From the NCBI GenBank assembly GCA_002633005.1, contig NMRA01000002.1:3075181-3139180 (forward strand): a stretch of DNA of 64,000 nt, given 5' to 3'. This DNA is from Phoronis australis (taxonomy: Eukaryota; Animalia; Phoronida). The notes below the pieces were generated by a model, which was not told the origin of the DNA, searched no databases, and was given only the letters and a program-made list of their open reading frames with translations. This document shows positions 63,533 through 64,000 of this stretch, piece after piece; the first letter of the stretch is position 1, and each line of letters starts with the position of its first letter. Both the position numbers and the translations under genes were made by a program.

Positions 63533-64000
63533 TTTTTATGCGCCCACATATTTATATGTGGACGCATTATGCCGTCATCTCCGTCCGTCCGTCCGTCCGG
63601 GCGGCGTCCGTCCGGCGTCCGCTGCTTTATCTCCAAAACCCTTTGACATACGTTCATGAAATTTGGCACATATGTTCCATTCATGAATGGGACGGCATGT
63701 GCAAACTTTCGGACGGATCCGACTACCGGTGTGCACCCTAGTGGTAATTTTAGTTTTTTACGCTTACCTTTGTATCTTCAAAACTCCTGAACGGATTTTC
63801 ATGAAATTTGGTATGTAGGCACCTATTAGTGAGATGACGCTATCCTCCTGTTTTCAGATGGATTCGACGTAGTTTGCACCACCTAGTGGCCATTTTTAGT
63901 GTTTTCGAGTTTTTGTGCGTCCACCCCTCCATTAACCAAACCGCTCAAAGGATGATTGTGAAAATTGGCATGTATGTGCTTACTATAAAGAGGACAGCTG
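63533..64000 (+). mobile_element. Helentron-associated (HINE/DINE-like) element with internal satellite units, truncated by window end
   Basis: T-run start, subterminal IR atgcg.ccacat/atgtgg.cgcat, (gtcc)n tract, then ~145-157-bp units each with tgaaa.ttggca/gt (63657, 63802, ~63959). Confidence 0.8.

Overview
Repeat-rich animal (probably non-vertebrate bilaterian) genomic DNA with GT-AG introns and three assembly gaps (756-951, 43267-44142, 49447-49936). Three host genes, all on the + strand, can be built by hand. (1) The last coding exon (ECL3-TM7-helix 8-tail) of an aminergic GPCR most similar to alpha-1 adrenergic receptors (30064-30662); its upstream exon(s) are not visible in the window. 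(2) A complete, divergent two-exon SLC52 riboflavin-transporter-like gene (34767-35999 + 45169-45366, 476 aa). (3) The first five coding exons of a glycerophosphocholine acyltransferase (GPCAT/Gpc1, DUF2838-type) gene (50913 to at least 61948). The most interesting element lies in the SLC52 intron: a Penelope-like retroelement fragment (GIY-YIG endonuclease, pseudo-LTR, then the start of the next ORF copy) carrying a minimal hammerhead ribozyme with a compensatory U3-A8 core, in the sense orientation of the host pre-mRNA. The remainder is a patchwork of non-autonomous DNA transposons with readable TIRs and 5-, 8- and 9-bp TSDs, three kinds of decayed THAP-domain remnant, a tRNA-derived SINE with a 15-bp TSD, a Helentron-like element, and a ~2.2 kb tandem duplication that is probably two haplotypes assembled side by side. 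Family assignments come from remembered motifs, not database searches. I found no clearly unprecedented system.
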